Of a stretch of 64,000 bases of DNA, positions 11,201-18,909 are shown piece after piece. Source of the stretch: an uncultured Rubrivivax sp. (GTDB lineage Bacteria > Pseudomonadota > Gammaproteobacteria > Burkholderiales > Burkholderiaceae_C); the NCBI GenBank assembly GCA_964621995.1, contig CAZUPH010000001.1, forward strand, positions 2,482 to 66,481. Reading direction: 5' to 3'. The notes beneath the pieces were generated by a model that was not told where the DNA came from, ran no database searches, and was given only the letters and a program-made list of their open reading frames with translations. The stretch's first letter is position 1. The number at the start of each line of letters is the position of its first letter. Position numbers and translations under genes: made by a program.

Positions 11201-13123
11201 CTCGCTGAAGCGCACGATGGCGCCGTCGCGCACCAGCTGCGACTCGCGCAGCGTCGCCGCGCCCACCCGCACCGAGCCCCCGGAGACGTCCAGTGCGGCG
11301 CCTTCGCCGATCACCACCGCGCCCTCGGACTCGATGCGCAGCGTGCCGCCGCGCGTGGACCGCTCGGCCGCGGTCTGCAGGGCGTTGCCGGCCGAACCGG
11401 TGACGTCGGCCACGGCAACGGCATCGGCGTCGCGGGCGTCGAAGAACACCTGCTGCCGGTACAGCGGCCCGTCGCGCTGCACCGGCGCGTCGGCCAGCTC
11501 GATGCGGAACAGCCGCTGCGTGCCCTGGTTGCGCGTGCCGTCCACCGCGAGCCCCTGCACGCCGGCGACGCTGATCCGGGCGCCAGGTGCGACGACGATG
11601 CGACTCGTGTCGGCGACGGCCGGCGGGTTGCTTTCGCTGCGGTCGAACAAGGGGGTCTGGCTGCGCGAGGCTGCCGCCAGCAGCTCGACGCGGCCGGCCG
11701 GCGCCTCCACGACGGCGCCGGCGCCGACGGCGATGCGCTCGCCCTCGGCATAGACCAGCGAGGGGTTGAACACCTCGGCCTGCAGCTGCGTGGCGCCGCT
11801 GGTGCTGGGCAGCACCTGCGTGCGGCTGCCCGCGGCGATCTCCACCGTGCCACCGCCCGCCGCGACCCGCGCGCTGGCGCCGTTCTCGACGACCAGGCCG
11901 CGGCGGCTGGTCGCGGTGGTGGCGGCCGTGCCGCCACCCAGCAGCTGGGTGGCGTCCATGGCCTGCAGCGTGACCACGCCGTTGGCACCCTTGACCGCCG
12001 TGGTGGCGTTGACCACGCCGGCCTGGCGCACGGTGAGTCCGACGAGGTTGATCTGGCCGCTGTCGGCGCGGATCTCGTTGACGCGGGCCGCCACGCCCTC
12101 GGCGGCGTCGACCACGCTGCCGTCTGCGCGGTTCTCCGCGAGGCCCAGGCCGGGGTCGGCGGCGGTTCCATCCTCCAGCGCGTAGGGGTCGACGGCGACG
12201 ATGAGTCCGCGCTGCGCGGGGTCGGACGAGCTCATCAGGTAGACCCGTTCGCCAGCGGCCAGCACGGCCTGCCCCTGCGGTGCCTCGATGCGACCGGCGT
12301 TGACGACACGCGGCGCGATCAGCAGCACGTCGCCGCCGGCGGCCGCGCGGATCACGGCGCCGGCCTCGACGCCGACCACGGCGTCGCGGTTCGTCGCCGC
12401 GTAGCCGGTGCCGGTGCCGGTGAAGGCCGCGCTGCCGTCGGTGACGTTGCGCAGCCCGCGCTCGAAGACCGCGTCGGCGATGTCCAGCGCCGTGGCGACG
12501 AACTTGCCCGTGTCCACGCGCGCGCCGCGGCCGAAGTACACGCCGTTGGCGTTGACCAGGATCAGCTCGCGGTCGGCCGAGAGCGAGCCCAGGATCAGCG
12601 AGGGGTCGGCGCTCCAGATGCGGTTGAGCGCGGAGACGTAGCGCGTGGGGTCGGGGTTCTGCGCAAAGTGCACGCGGTGGCCGGGCGCGATGTCGAAGCG
12701 GTCCCAGTTCAGCACCAGCCGGTCGACGTCGCCCTGGTGCAGCGTGGCCGAGCGGCCATCGCCGGCGACCTCCCAGCGCACGCGGCCGCGGTGCGCCGGG
12801 TCGGCAACGAAGCTGCGCAGCGCGGGGTCGTTGACGAAGCCGCCGCTGGGCGTGCGCAGGCTGCCGTAGGGCTGCGGCAGCGCAGCCGTCGGTGCCGCTG
12901 CCGCCGGGCCGCCGAAGACCACCGGTGGGCGCGCCTGCGCCGCGACGCCGCCGGCCGTGACCAGCAGCGCTACGGCAACCAGCGGCGCGACCACCACGGC
13001 GGCGGCCCGTCGAGGCCGGGTGCGGCGTGCGCCGGGGCCGCCGTGGCCGCGTGCACATTCACCCACGGCGACCAGCATGCGCAGCCGGCGGCTGAGGACG
13101 AGGCGGTGCAGACCTTGGTTCAT
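2243..13123 (-). CDS. Giant filamentous haemagglutinin-family (TpsA) exoprotein, 3626 aa, with DUF3739-like C-terminus
   Basis: Start moved to ATG 13123: MNQGLHRLVLSRRLRMLVAVGE is an extended signal peptide. TPS-domain motifs LNWDRFDI and LILVNANGVYFG; G/A/L-rich beta-helix repeats; C-terminal GDMAIWSSAGDIDSGRGANT...TTTGSGLG...ALDAFIRA. Adjacent to a TpsB gene. Confidence 0.88.
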   Translation of the reverse strand: MNQGLHRLVLSRRLRMLVAVGECARGHGGPGARRTRPRRAAAVVVAPLVAVALLVTAGGVAAQARPPVVFGGPAAAAPTAALPQPYGSLRTPSGGFVNDPALRSFVADPAHRGRVRWEVAGDGRSATLHQGDVDRLVLNWDRFDIAPGHRVHFAQNPDPTRYVSALNRIWSADPSLILGSLSADRELILVNANGVYFGRGARVDTGKFVATALDIADAVFERGLRNVTDGSAAFTGTGTGYAATNRDAVVGVEAGAVIRAAAGGDVLLIAPRVVNAGRIEAPQGQAVLAAGERVYLMSSSDPAQRGLIVAVDPYALEDGTAADPGLGLAENRADGSVVDAAEGVAARVNEIRADSGQINLVGLTVRQAGVVNATTAVKGANGVVTLQAMDATQLLGGGTAATTATSRRGLVVENGASARVAAGGGTVEIAAGSRTQVLPSTSGATQLQAEVFNPSLVYAEGERIAVGAGAVVEAPAGRVELLAAASRSQTPLFDRSESNPPAVADTSRIVVAPGARISVAGVQGLAVDGTRNQGTQRLFRIELADAPVQRDGPLYRQQVFFDARDADAVAVADVTGSAGNALQTAAERSTRGGTLRIESEGAVVIGEGAALDVSGGSVRVGAATLRESQLVRDGAIVRFSEAAAGTRYDSLLAQTRAVTLPAYDEGRDGGTLVLGGRRLAVAGTLQGQVLAGERQAAGLDAAARPATLAVGRAPVAGNVASPYLPRLELVGGAPALEVAPWADPLAAPLDALRAATRLSLDTVAAGGFGRLELRAAEVVQPVFGRLDLGLAGELDILAKSVWLDGEFSASGGVLRVRTDQAGPDSADTGIGDIVISARTRLDVAGLWTNDTLGGVATRLAAAPLDGGKLELAAAHDLRLAPGAWLDVSGGARLSADGALRWGEAGALALAAGRSDLFATRLEFAGAVLRGFDAGRGGSLSIASPDLWVGDGDPGASGFGFGLAPGFFSAGGFGRIAVDAYGDVRITAGTRVEPVLASWLPAPGQRRVPSGRMDEAVASALPVDEQLADRRPVDLALKAARAPNPQLGVAASDLAVERGATLRLEAGGTLNLAATGSLSVGVQGGEPGHTTRLEVPGGTIRLELLGERGRNNPSEGANDPIGFDPRQVLWLGAGAVQSVAGTVELRPDSTPTTASTFGGGGPGAGERLTGTVLGGGRIEWQAGRGYAVAEAGSTTLLDGAAALVHLPGAAAPQLVARPAGRWTVRSPEGVVLDGSVSARAPADAAGRALADGGALDIGVGVGGVGRFTAGPAFPDGERVAVVGAHGDVAGRRGAAFGEDLVATLGNGVAYVPLALLADAGFDQWRLGAGDRVHFETSASLGAPIAVTLDTPVISAAPAATVVLGAHQVILGDQTGSRNAPAADARAVPDTDPAAATRLHARARTVDVVGRLWLQGYSDVHLDAGAAGGELRLSAVNPQSPGDPTQREGLLAFDGTLRLDAARTFATTASLFTVGGGEASRLLLGTGPGGGATTAPLSVFGELLLQADSIEHRGVLWQPFGALTLEARERLLLGDGSLTSVSGAGATRLYGSTVNLTTWQLPSQGRLGTDQPTTLPLAKAVTLTAPALEAAAGARVDVAGGGDVLAWEFFPGVGGSRDVYDTPDLYAVLPDLGTTASVALSGGPADGGGPGRELVITMDGAGLVRGAYTLLPARYALLGGSLPQGAFLVRRAADQGAALLGAPLVQDDGGVIVTGSLRDAGSDFLGPPGERFEVLSLPVHTQRSDVRLTSVGALLAGYAAAVDAPPPQRPVDGGALSVRVSGDAGSSWRGEIAAAAAGGRAGTLDIAATRLALVDSLAKAPAGHFGLEAGTLAASGAGSVLVGGRRTEAGVAADGIVEQSLDARGTQALRVDLGDTALVLEELVLASAGTLDLADGSRLAAGARGTLGARRLLLDGDGALAFVSANALTATRDGALLAAGRLTLGAAATLSGATVGLDATAGLDIAPSADFDAGRLALTAPRIALGGDPDGDPATTVLDGTLLGAVQGSEALALRSYTRIDFVGAQDWTAPGPAGEPGLVLGALTLDAPLVGVRSAADGSPGRARVAAREIELRNSLVGPAPAAEMAEPGSALQLLAVPPLREGRTGGLSIGPGLLTLAAAEVQLRSQGDLVLAGAGGVSAAGDLTLAAARLTALSAADHGLAAEDGTLRVATEAGARTLGETVGLGAAVTLRAQTLVQDGHIALPSGALTLQATGRSADGIAIRLGPGSTTSVAGQALDNGRGFVADSPAGTLVIQADQGAVELQGRLDASAARRADGQPGEGDGGRVRVTASGDGGTLRLGATAAIAAGGGHRGSDRGGELALDLRTLDDAAPLMAAAAVGGIEGSLALRVREGDLVVASGLRARRIELAADAGALHIEGALLDARADDGGLVRLAARDDLGLGAGSRIDVSAQRAGARGGELLATSRDGSVHLAPDAVVQAGDGRVTLRAARTGDGRGLAVAPLDPAALQAAEVVLEAVRVYEGITSIRSGTSSGSTLGTATVAADNAAFAATAPDALAALGVGTQDAARFSLRAGVEVRSPADLTLASAWNLAGERPGGHAGALTLLAAGTLTLAQSLNDGFLTAAPGAALLADGQSWSLRLVGGADLAAADPLATRADSAGDLSLAANVRVRTGAGSIEMAAARDLLFGGSGNSAAAAYVAGAPLAEAAGVLDALFSRQAAKPQLTGGGLRLEVQAGRDIVAPEAGQLVNNWLWRSGLIPPTGADAGLYAGASQLAWWPEFGAFAQTLGAFGGAALRAEAGRDIVNLQAMLPSVGWADSRDPAAATLQLRGGGDLEVQAGRDLLGGQFLVAGGQARLSAGRHIAAAQGNFGLADVLLAQMNGGRHALQARLDLSIGGTLNPTAAPPLAQRANLSRYFYTWGDDAGLELRAAAGALVLDVPTVSSGFGLANATALQGALRVLPPSLAAYATGGALRMLGTQSAMLFPDAGADLRLWAGADLRLGIGSNTVFAMSDSDPALWPGFRRPEVLGTLLTNSDSLVANALADALPRAAVHAGALQPVSPIGLHAGGSLLGEGLSTWVMPKPATLTAGLDILNLRLLGQNLLPDDRTEIVAGRNLLAGLQGYVELGGPGALDLRAGRDVNLGSSRGLVTIGNLKSAALPPAGASIRLAAATAGVLDLAEMDRWRRDDTQVQALLTRLVQERLGAPGLDPAAAWQAFQDFSADTQAELGRRILADAFRRSYLDTPAATVDSVAAALREGFERRKRDLLAAGEAALNSQGVLVLPGRERLSGGELAAYLERVRALSFDGLDLDATVAARVASLNEVREGWQALVAAGRDSPTDLDRYREQVLERETAAAASAAANFGRLALPMRLALLDQGFRVAELAGVGSFVAQPPWPGAPLIRHTGALDMTQSAVITERGGDIALVNPGGAINVGLKDAGGDGPRGVIALGGGNVYGYARDDFQVNVQRVFIVGRGDMAIWSSAGDIDSGRGANTAVAAPPLAPRRSADGVVFEIPATTTGSGLGIVPDADGRVDGRIGLYPAFGEILALDAFIRAPRIELGAAVRGADNLGGGSVSGAAAVVAAPPATVSSPPPVAADDRGTAGPEAAAAESGARERQSLLTVELLGTGPGEPCEGLSGPALEECRKRLPAEPPRSRP

Positions 13124-13180
13124 CGTGAGCCTGGAAAGGCAGCATCGTCTCGTTGCGGGATGTCGCTGGCGTGCGGGCCG

Positions 13181-13196
13181 TGGACCGAACGGACTA
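13181..13196. promoter_or_regulatory. Copy of 16-bp palindromic motif (candidate EpsA box) upstream of the TpsA gene
   Basis: TGGACC-GAAC-GGACTA; overlaps the TpsB stop codon and begins 58 bp upstream of the TpsA start. Confidence 0.5.
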
Positions 13197-14861
13197 GAAG
13201 CGCTGGCGCAGCGAGAAGCCCCAGCGCTGCGCGCGGCCGGCGCCGCGGCCCGACAGCGGCTCTGCGCGGCCGAAGCGGTCCAGCCGCGTCGTGTCGAAGA
13301 CGACGGTGGCCCAGTCCAGCGCGGCCGCCAGCCCGCCGTCCGTGTCCAGGCGCAGCCCGAGCCCGGCGCTGCCCAGCTGCACCCGCACAGGCTCCGCGGG
13401 CAGCGCATACAGCCGACGCAACACGGCACGGTCGGCGAAGCCCAGCACGCGCAGCGCGAGCGCCGGGGTCGGCTGCCAGCGCGGCGCCCAGACCTCGATG
13501 CGCAGGCCCACGCCGAGGTCGCCGGCCTGCTCGCCCTCGAGGTAGCCACGCACGGTGTCGGCGCCCCCGTAGACCGCCTGCTCCGAGCTCGGCAGTGGCG
13601 TGTCCGAGTACTGGCCGAAGACCTGCAGCCGGCCGAGCCACGCCTCGCTGCCCCCGCCGAGCGGCTCCTGGTGGCTGAGGTTCAGCGTCAGCACCTGGAA
13701 GCGGGCCGACGAGTCGGCGCGCTTGCACACGAACTGGTCCACCGTGGCGCCGAAGCAGTCCACGTCGCGTGCGTTGAGCCCGGGCAGGCTCAGGCCCAGG
13801 CCGAGCGTCAGGCGCGTCGCCCTGCCCGGCTTGCTGCCCTGCAGGTCCAGCTCGTAGTCGAGCTGCAGCAGGGTGTAGCGCAGCGACGGCGGCTCGACGC
13901 CGAAGCCGGCCACGTCCACGTTGCGGTCGCGCAGGTTGCGCCAGGTCAGACCCCAGGACAGCGCATGGCGCAGGCCCTCCGGCGCGTCGAGCTGGTCGCG
14001 CCAGCGCAGCCGCCAGCTCTCGCCGCGCGAGACTGTCAGCCCGCCCAGGGGTGTCGGCGTGTCGCTGTCCGAGCCGGTATAGGCCAGCGACAGGCGGTCC
14101 CCTGGTCCCCCCAGGTGCCCGCCCAGCGGCACGCTGTACAGCAGCGAGACGATGCTGCTCTGCGCAGGCTCGGTCGGCGCCGTGTACAGGTTCAGCGCGA
14201 TGCCGTGGCCCCGCTGGAACAGGTTGTCGTAGCTGATCGCGGCCTCGAGCCGGCCGCGTTCGGTATTCGCACTCTGCTTGTCGTTGAGCTCCACCGCGCC
14301 GTGCAGCGGCAGCTGGTCCTCGACCTTCAGCTCGACATCCAGCGTGCCCGGCCGCGAGCCTGCGGCCAGGATGGGCGTGATCTGCCGGTCCGGTGCGACG
14401 GCGGCCAGCCGCGCCAGCTCCTCCTGCACCTCGGCGAACTGCGGCACCGATCCCGGCGCGAGGCTGGGCACGCCTTCGCGCACGACGCTCGGCAAGAAGT
14501 GCTCGGCGCCGGTGATGCGCAGCCGGCTCACCGGTGCCGCCTGCACGAGCAGGCGCACCTCGCCGATGGCCGGGTCCACCTGCTGCGGGGGCAGCAGCAC
14601 GCTCACGCTCAGGAAGCCGGCGTCCTGGTAGGCCTGCTGCAGCGCGCGGCGCGCGCCCTCGGCGTCGGCCAGCGTCCGTTCGGGGCCGAGGAAGGGGTAG
14701 ACGGCGCGCTCGACGACGGCCGGTCCGAGCAGCGTGTCGCCCTCGATCACGTATTCGAGGATGTCGAAGCGCGGCGACTGGCGTGCGCCCGGTGCCTCCT
14801 GTGCCCGCAGCGCCAGCGGCGGGACCAGCAGGGCCAGGACGAGCAGCGGCAGCAGGTGCAT
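13194..14861 (-). CDS. ShlB/FhaC/HecB-family (TpsB, Omp85 superfamily) outer-membrane transporter
   Basis: Signal peptide from ATG 14861 (GTG 14930 is an alternative start); POTRA start RFDILEYVIEGDTLL; Omp85 loop-6 motif GGADTVRGY; C-terminal beta signal WGFSLRQRF. Confidence 0.9.
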   Translation of the reverse strand: MHLLPLLVLALLVPPLALRAQEAPGARQSPRFDILEYVIEGDTLLGPAVVERAVYPFLGPERTLADAEGARRALQQAYQDAGFLSVSVLLPPQQVDPAIGEVRLLVQAAPVSRLRITGAEHFLPSVVREGVPSLAPGSVPQFAEVQEELARLAAVAPDRQITPILAAGSRPGTLDVELKVEDQLPLHGAVELNDKQSANTERGRLEAAISYDNLFQRGHGIALNLYTAPTEPAQSSIVSLLYSVPLGGHLGGPGDRLSLAYTGSDSDTPTPLGGLTVSRGESWRLRWRDQLDAPEGLRHALSWGLTWRNLRDRNVDVAGFGVEPPSLRYTLLQLDYELDLQGSKPGRATRLTLGLGLSLPGLNARDVDCFGATVDQFVCKRADSSARFQVLTLNLSHQEPLGGGSEAWLGRLQVFGQYSDTPLPSSEQAVYGGADTVRGYLEGEQAGDLGVGLRIEVWAPRWQPTPALALRVLGFADRAVLRRLYALPAEPVRVQLGSAGLGLRLDTDGGLAAALDWATVVFDTTRLDRFGRAEPLSGRGAGRAQRWGFSLRQRF

Positions 14862-14977
14862 CGGCAGGAAGCGGGCAGGTCCGGAGCGGAGCAGGAAACA
14901 GGACCGCCCGCGGACGCGGGCGGCATGCACGCGGGCCGGCCGGCAGCGCGCCGGCCACGGCCCCGCAGGCGGCTCGA

Positions 14978-16267
14978 TCAGTTGGACGCGCTGGGCAGGC
15001 AGGTCAGGCCGCCCTTGTTGTAGCCCGCCGACAGGTCAGTGTTGTTGATCAGGCCCACCGGCGCCGGCAGCGTGTTCAGCGCATTCGACACCGTCGCCCA
15101 GAAGGCGTTGTTGGCCGCGGTGCCGCCCGAGTAGGTGGTCTCGAAGTAGAAGTCGTAGCTGCCTGCCTTCGTCGTCGAGCTGTTGGTATTGCCGGCCGTA
15201 CCGGGCACCGCGTTCTCGCCGATCGAGGCGCCGCCCACGCGCAGCCAGCGCCAGCTCTGGCCCGCCTGGTTGTTCTCGCCCGACATCACGCCCAGGGCAT
15301 GCACGCCGGGCTTGTTCAGCTCGTTGCGCACGTCGCTGGTGCCGCCGGCGGCATAGACGCGGATCGCACCGATCAGGGCGTCGAGCAGGCCGCCCGGCTC
15401 GTCGTCGGAAGTGGGCTCCGGCACGACGGCCAGCGAGGCACGCGAGCAGGTCAGGCCGAGGAAGTAGTTCTGCGCCGAAGCCTGCGTGCCCGAGGTGTCG
15501 ACGCGGCGCACGTAGCGCAGCTCCGCGCCCTCGTCGGCCAGGTTGTTCGTCAGGAAGGCGAGGCCTCTCGAGTAGGCGGCGTTGAAGGCGTTGTCCGACA
15601 TGATCGTCGCCATCTGCGCCTTGCCGATCGAAGGCACGCAGTACGGCAGGCCGGTGTCGCCGACCAGGCAGCTGGCGGGGATCCTGCCGGCGGCCTTTTG
15701 GGCATCGAACATCTTCTGGTACAGGGCGGCCGACGCGGCCACGCCGAAGGTCTGCGCGACGCCGACGCGGAACGACGGGAACACCGTCAGCGTGCCGATG
15801 GTCGTCGGCGGGAAGGTCGCGGGCTCGACGTCGTTGGCGCCGCCGACGATCACCGCGCCGTTGGGTGCGGCGATGTTGGTCCCGGTGATCGGGTCGCGGA
15901 ACGTGAAGGGCACGCCATTGAGGATCTGGATGTTGCCGAACGAACCGTTGGACACGTTGACGCGGAACTCGGCGAAGTTCGTGCCGCGGAAGTTGATGAA
16001 GTCGCTGTTGGGCTTCGTGGCATAGGTGCCGCCGGCGCCGCCCGTGACCGCGCTGTTGGCACAGACGACGGTGGTGAAGTTCCCCGAAGCGAAAGTGGTG
16101 GGCACGCCCGAGTTCTGGGTGCAGAGTTGCTGCATCGCCAGCGTCAGGTTGCCCTGGATGGCCGAGGCACCGGCGCTCAGCGCGATGCGGTTGGCATTCG
16201 GGGCCGCGGCGGCGGCGCCGGCGAGAGTCACCGCAGCGGCGGCGAGCGCGAACTTGGTCAGTTGCAT
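14978..16267 (-). CDS. Secreted 429-aa protein with PstS/DING-like motifs; candidate abundant surface protein
   Basis: Clear signal peptide; LSAGASA near the N-terminus and VRRVDTSGTQ resemble the GS(S/T) and RxDxSGT motifs of phosphate-binding-protein folds; Asn/Thr/Gly/Ala-rich; paired cysteines; strongly biased codon usage. Confidence 0.7.
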   Translation of the reverse strand: MQLTKFALAAAAVTLAGAAAAAPNANRIALSAGASAIQGNLTLAMQQLCTQNSGVPTTFASGNFTTVVCANSAVTGGAGGTYATKPNSDFINFRGTNFAEFRVNVSNGSFGNIQILNGVPFTFRDPITGTNIAAPNGAVIVGGANDVEPATFPPTTIGTLTVFPSFRVGVAQTFGVAASAALYQKMFDAQKAAGRIPASCLVGDTGLPYCVPSIGKAQMATIMSDNAFNAAYSRGLAFLTNNLADEGAELRYVRRVDTSGTQASAQNYFLGLTCSRASLAVVPEPTSDDEPGGLLDALIGAIRVYAAGGTSDVRNELNKPGVHALGVMSGENNQAGQSWRWLRVGGASIGENAVPGTAGNTNSSTTKAGSYDFYFETTYSGGTAANNAFWATVSNALNTLPAPVGLINNTDLSAGYNKGGLTCLPSASN

Positions 16268-16302
16268 GTGGATCTCCGGTCAGTCATGGACGAGCGCACC
16301 CC

Positions 16303-16320
16303 GCGGGACCGAAGTCCCGC
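16303..16320 (-). promoter_or_regulatory. C(UUCG)G tetraloop hairpin in the leader of the 429-aa gene
   Basis: Minus strand reads GCGGGAC-TTCG-GTCCCGC (7-bp perfect stem), about 36 nt upstream of ATG 16267. Confidence 0.55.
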
Positions 16321-16370
16321 CTGCACACGCTCAGGGTGGATGCGAGACGCGGCGCGAACGCCGCGTGGCT

Positions 16371-17249
16371 TCAGGACCTGCGGCGACGGGCCACCCAGCC
16401 GATGGCACCGAGGCCGGCGAGCAGCATCGCGTAGGTACCCGGCTCTGGCACCGGCGCCAGTACCAGCTGGTTGGTCGCGATGTCGAACGTGAAGGTGATC
16501 GGCGCCGACGACAGCGTGTCGACCGCGCCAGGGTTGCCGAACTGGTTGACGATGGGGTTGGCCACCAGCTGCTGTTGCCACTGGAAGGTCGAGCTCTCGC
16601 CGTTGGCCAGCAGGTAGCTCCAGGTCAGGTGGCCGCCGAAGCGATCGCCCATCAGGTCGGGCAGCCAGGCGCTGCCGTCGCTGGCGGTGGCGGTGCCGGC
16701 GCCGTTGTCGGCCGCCTGGTGGCTGCCGAAGTTGTTCGACGCCGCCATGAAGTTCGCCAGGTTGCCCAGCGCGTTGCCGGTGGGCGCCGAGGTCGACGCG
16801 TCCAGCATCTGGGCCTCGGTGGCGTTGCCGGTCGCGAGCAGGCCGCGGCCGGCAATCACGTTGGTGGGGCTGACGTTGGCGCCGGTGATCTGGTCTCCGG
16901 CAACCACGCCCCACAGGAAGTCATTGCCGGACTGCAGTGACTTGAAGCTCTCGTATGCGGCGCTCCAGGAGTTGGTCCCGGTCACCGGCGCCGTGGTCGT
17001 GTTGGTCGAGAAGTCCCAGGTCAGCGGACCGCTGAGCCCCGAGGTCAGTGCAGTACCGTTGGTGAAGTCGGACATGCTCAGCCCGAGATCGATCGTCAGG
17101 CCGATGTTGCTGTTGACGTCGATCGCCACGAAGATCACCGAACTGTTGCCCAGCGTGGTGTTGTTCGGCAGGCCCATGGCCGCCTGGGCGCCGCCGGCCG
17201 CGAGGGCAGCGGCAACAGCCGCCGCCAGCGTGCTGAGTCGAAGGTACAT
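16371..17249 (-). CDS. PEP-CTERM sorting domain protein (Ser/Thr/Asn-rich), 292 aa
   Basis: ATG 17249 follows an AGGAG RBS; signal peptide ending AQA; C-terminus VPEPGTYAMLLAGLGAIGWVARRRRS. Confidence 0.93.
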   Translation of the reverse strand: MYLRLSTLAAAVAAALAAGGAQAAMGLPNNTTLGNSSVIFVAIDVNSNIGLTIDLGLSMSDFTNGTALTSGLSGPLTWDFSTNTTTAPVTGTNSWSAAYESFKSLQSGNDFLWGVVAGDQITGANVSPTNVIAGRGLLATGNATEAQMLDASTSAPTGNALGNLANFMAASNNFGSHQAADNGAGTATASDGSAWLPDLMGDRFGGHLTWSYLLANGESSTFQWQQQLVANPIVNQFGNPGAVDTLSSAPITFTFDIATNQLVLAPVPEPGTYAMLLAGLGAIGWVARRRRS

Positions 17250-17357
17250 GGATTCACTCCTGTGTGTGAGTCGTCTGGAAGGCCGAGGTCGCCACGCAAC
17301 CCTCGCGGCATCGTAGGCAGCGCTCGTGGCATTCGTACGCACCGAAACCGCGCAGCC

Positions 17358-17373
17358 TAGTCCGAAGGGACAG
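17358..17373. promoter_or_regulatory. Candidate EpsA box upstream of the PEP-CTERM gene
   Basis: TAGTCC-GAAG-GGACAG; a second copy, TGATCC-GAAA-GGGCCA, lies at 17454-17469. Confidence 0.5.
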
Positions 17374-17488
17374 CAGGGCCCGTGAGGTCCTGGTGCCCAG
17401 CGATAGCATCGGGGCGCTGTGCGACGGGTCCGGGACAGGTCTGCCGACGGACGTGATCCGAAAGGGCCATCAACCGGGCAGACCCGTC

Positions 17489-18202
17489 TCATCGCCGGCC
17501 CGCCATGGTCAGATCGGCTCCCCCCTGAATGAGGAGGTCCATGACCTCGTCCTGCTGTGCCGCGGCCGCGACATCGAGCGCCGACTCGCGGGCCCGGTTG
17601 AGCAGATCGATCGGCACGCCCCGGGCCAGCAGGTCCGCGACGATCCGGGGCTGGCCGGCCAGTGCGGCCAGGTGCAGCGGCGTGTGCCCGTTGCGGCTGA
17701 AGGCGCGGACGTCGGCCCCCAGGCGCAGAAGGAGCCGCACCGTGCTGCGCTGGCCGCGCCAGGCGGCGGCGCCCATCGGCGTCAGGCCATCGGCGCCGGG
17801 AAGGTCGAGTACTGCGCCTCGCGCGGCCAGCGCCGCCACCAGATCGTCGCGGCCGGCGGCGGCGGCCAGCGCGAGGGCGTGGGCACCGCGCTCGTCACGC
17901 GCGCCGGCGGCGGCCCGCGCGCTCTCGACGAGCGCGAGCGCCTCGTCCCAGCGGCCGGCGGTTGCCGCTGCGATCAGCGCACGGTCAGCCGGCCGCAGCA
18001 GCGCCGGCCCGAGACTGTGTGCGCCGCGCAGCCGGCGTTCCCACTCCAGCGGCTCGGGCGGCCCGCGGCGGACTTCCTCGCGCGGCGGCGTCCAGCCGCG
18101 CAGCGCGGGATCGGGGTCGCCTGCATCGGCGACGCCGCGCGAGGCCGCCAGCAGCGCCAGCGCGGCGGCGACGCAGCGCAGCGCCGACGCCGCGGGCTTC
18201 AT
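17489..18202 (-). CDS. Exported ankyrin-repeat protein
   Basis: Signal peptide from ATG 18202 (ATGA overlap with upstream stop); repeats GLTPMGAAAWRG, GHTPLHLAALAG, RESALDVAAAAQ. Confidence 0.88.
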   Translation of the reverse strand: MKPAASALRCVAAALALLAASRGVADAGDPDPALRGWTPPREEVRRGPPEPLEWERRLRGAHSLGPALLRPADRALIAAATAGRWDEALALVESARAAAGARDERGAHALALAAAAGRDDLVAALAARGAVLDLPGADGLTPMGAAAWRGQRSTVRLLLRLGADVRAFSRNGHTPLHLAALAGQPRIVADLLARGVPIDLLNRARESALDVAAAAQQDEVMDLLIQGGADLTMAGRR

Positions 18203-18909
18203 CGGCCCTGCGCCTGCGCCGGGGCCGGTGCCAGCCAGGCGCGGTCGATGCGGTCCTCGTAGTCCTGCACCAGGTTCTCGATCGTCACGCGGTACCGCTG
18301 CACGAAGGGTTCGCGCGCCGCGAGCAGGTCGCGCCAGTCGTGGTGCTGCCAGCGCTCGAGCAGCTCCAGCGACACCGTGCGCAGCGCCTGGTTGTTGCGC
18401 GTGCACAGCGCCAGCGCCGCGCTCTCGTCGCGCAGGCTCGTCATCAGCTCCTCACTGCGGCGCTCGCCTTCACGCAGGGCCTCGGCGCGCTGCGCGAGCT
18501 CGCCCCGGACCGTCGCGAGCGACTGCCGGGCGGCGAGCAGTTTCTCCTCGCGACGCGACAGCGCCGCGGCAGCGGTGCCGGCGCTCGTGCGTTCGGCGGC
18601 GAGCTCGGCCTCGAGCGCGGCGATGCGCTCGGCCTGCGCCCGGCTGCCGCGCCGCGCACGCGCGGCCTCGGCCTGCGCCTCGTCGACCTGCCGCGCGGCC
18701 TCTGCGCGGGCCGTGCCTTCGGCCTGCCGCGCGGCGGCGAGTTCCTGCTGCAGGCTCTGCAGCTGCTGGCGCAGGCGGCGGATCTGCTCCTGCTCGCGCG
18801 ACGGCGCCTGCTGCGCCAGCGCGGCGCCGGCCAGGCACGCCGCCAGGACCAGCGGCAGCGCGGACTGCCGGATGCGGGCGCCGCGGCGTCCCGGCTCAGT
18901 AGCGAACAT
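18199..18909 (-). CDS. Exported coiled-coil protein
   Basis: Signal peptide (ALA-QQ); long Q/E/A/R heptads; C-terminal C..NN..L...EPF...YRV.IEN.VQDY.D segment typical of genes in this cluster type; overlaps both neighbours. Confidence 0.75.
   Translation of the reverse strand: MFATEPGRRGARIRQSALPLVLAACLAGAALAQQAPSREQEQIRRLRQQLQSLQQELAAARQAEGTARAEAARQVDEAQAEAARARRGSRAQAERIAALEAELAAERTSAGTAAAALSRREEKLLAARQSLATVRGELAQRAEALREGERRSEELMTSLRDESAALALCTRNNQALRTVSLELLERWQHHDWRDLLAAREPFVQRYRVTIENLVQDYEDRIDRAWLAPAPAQAQGR

Noticed and set aside
4034-13678. Very long plus-strand ORFs (4034-7279, 7658-13678) and alternative-frame minus ORFs over the TpsA gene
   Set aside because: Shadow ORFs expected in high-GC DNA; Arg/Ala/Gly-rich with no motifs, whereas the TpsA frame has clear family motifs.
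2243-14861. Contact-dependent inhibition (cdiBAI) locus
   Set aside because: No VENN-type pre-toxin motif, no toxin-like C-terminus and no immunity ORF; only a 31-bp gap separates it from a convergent gene.
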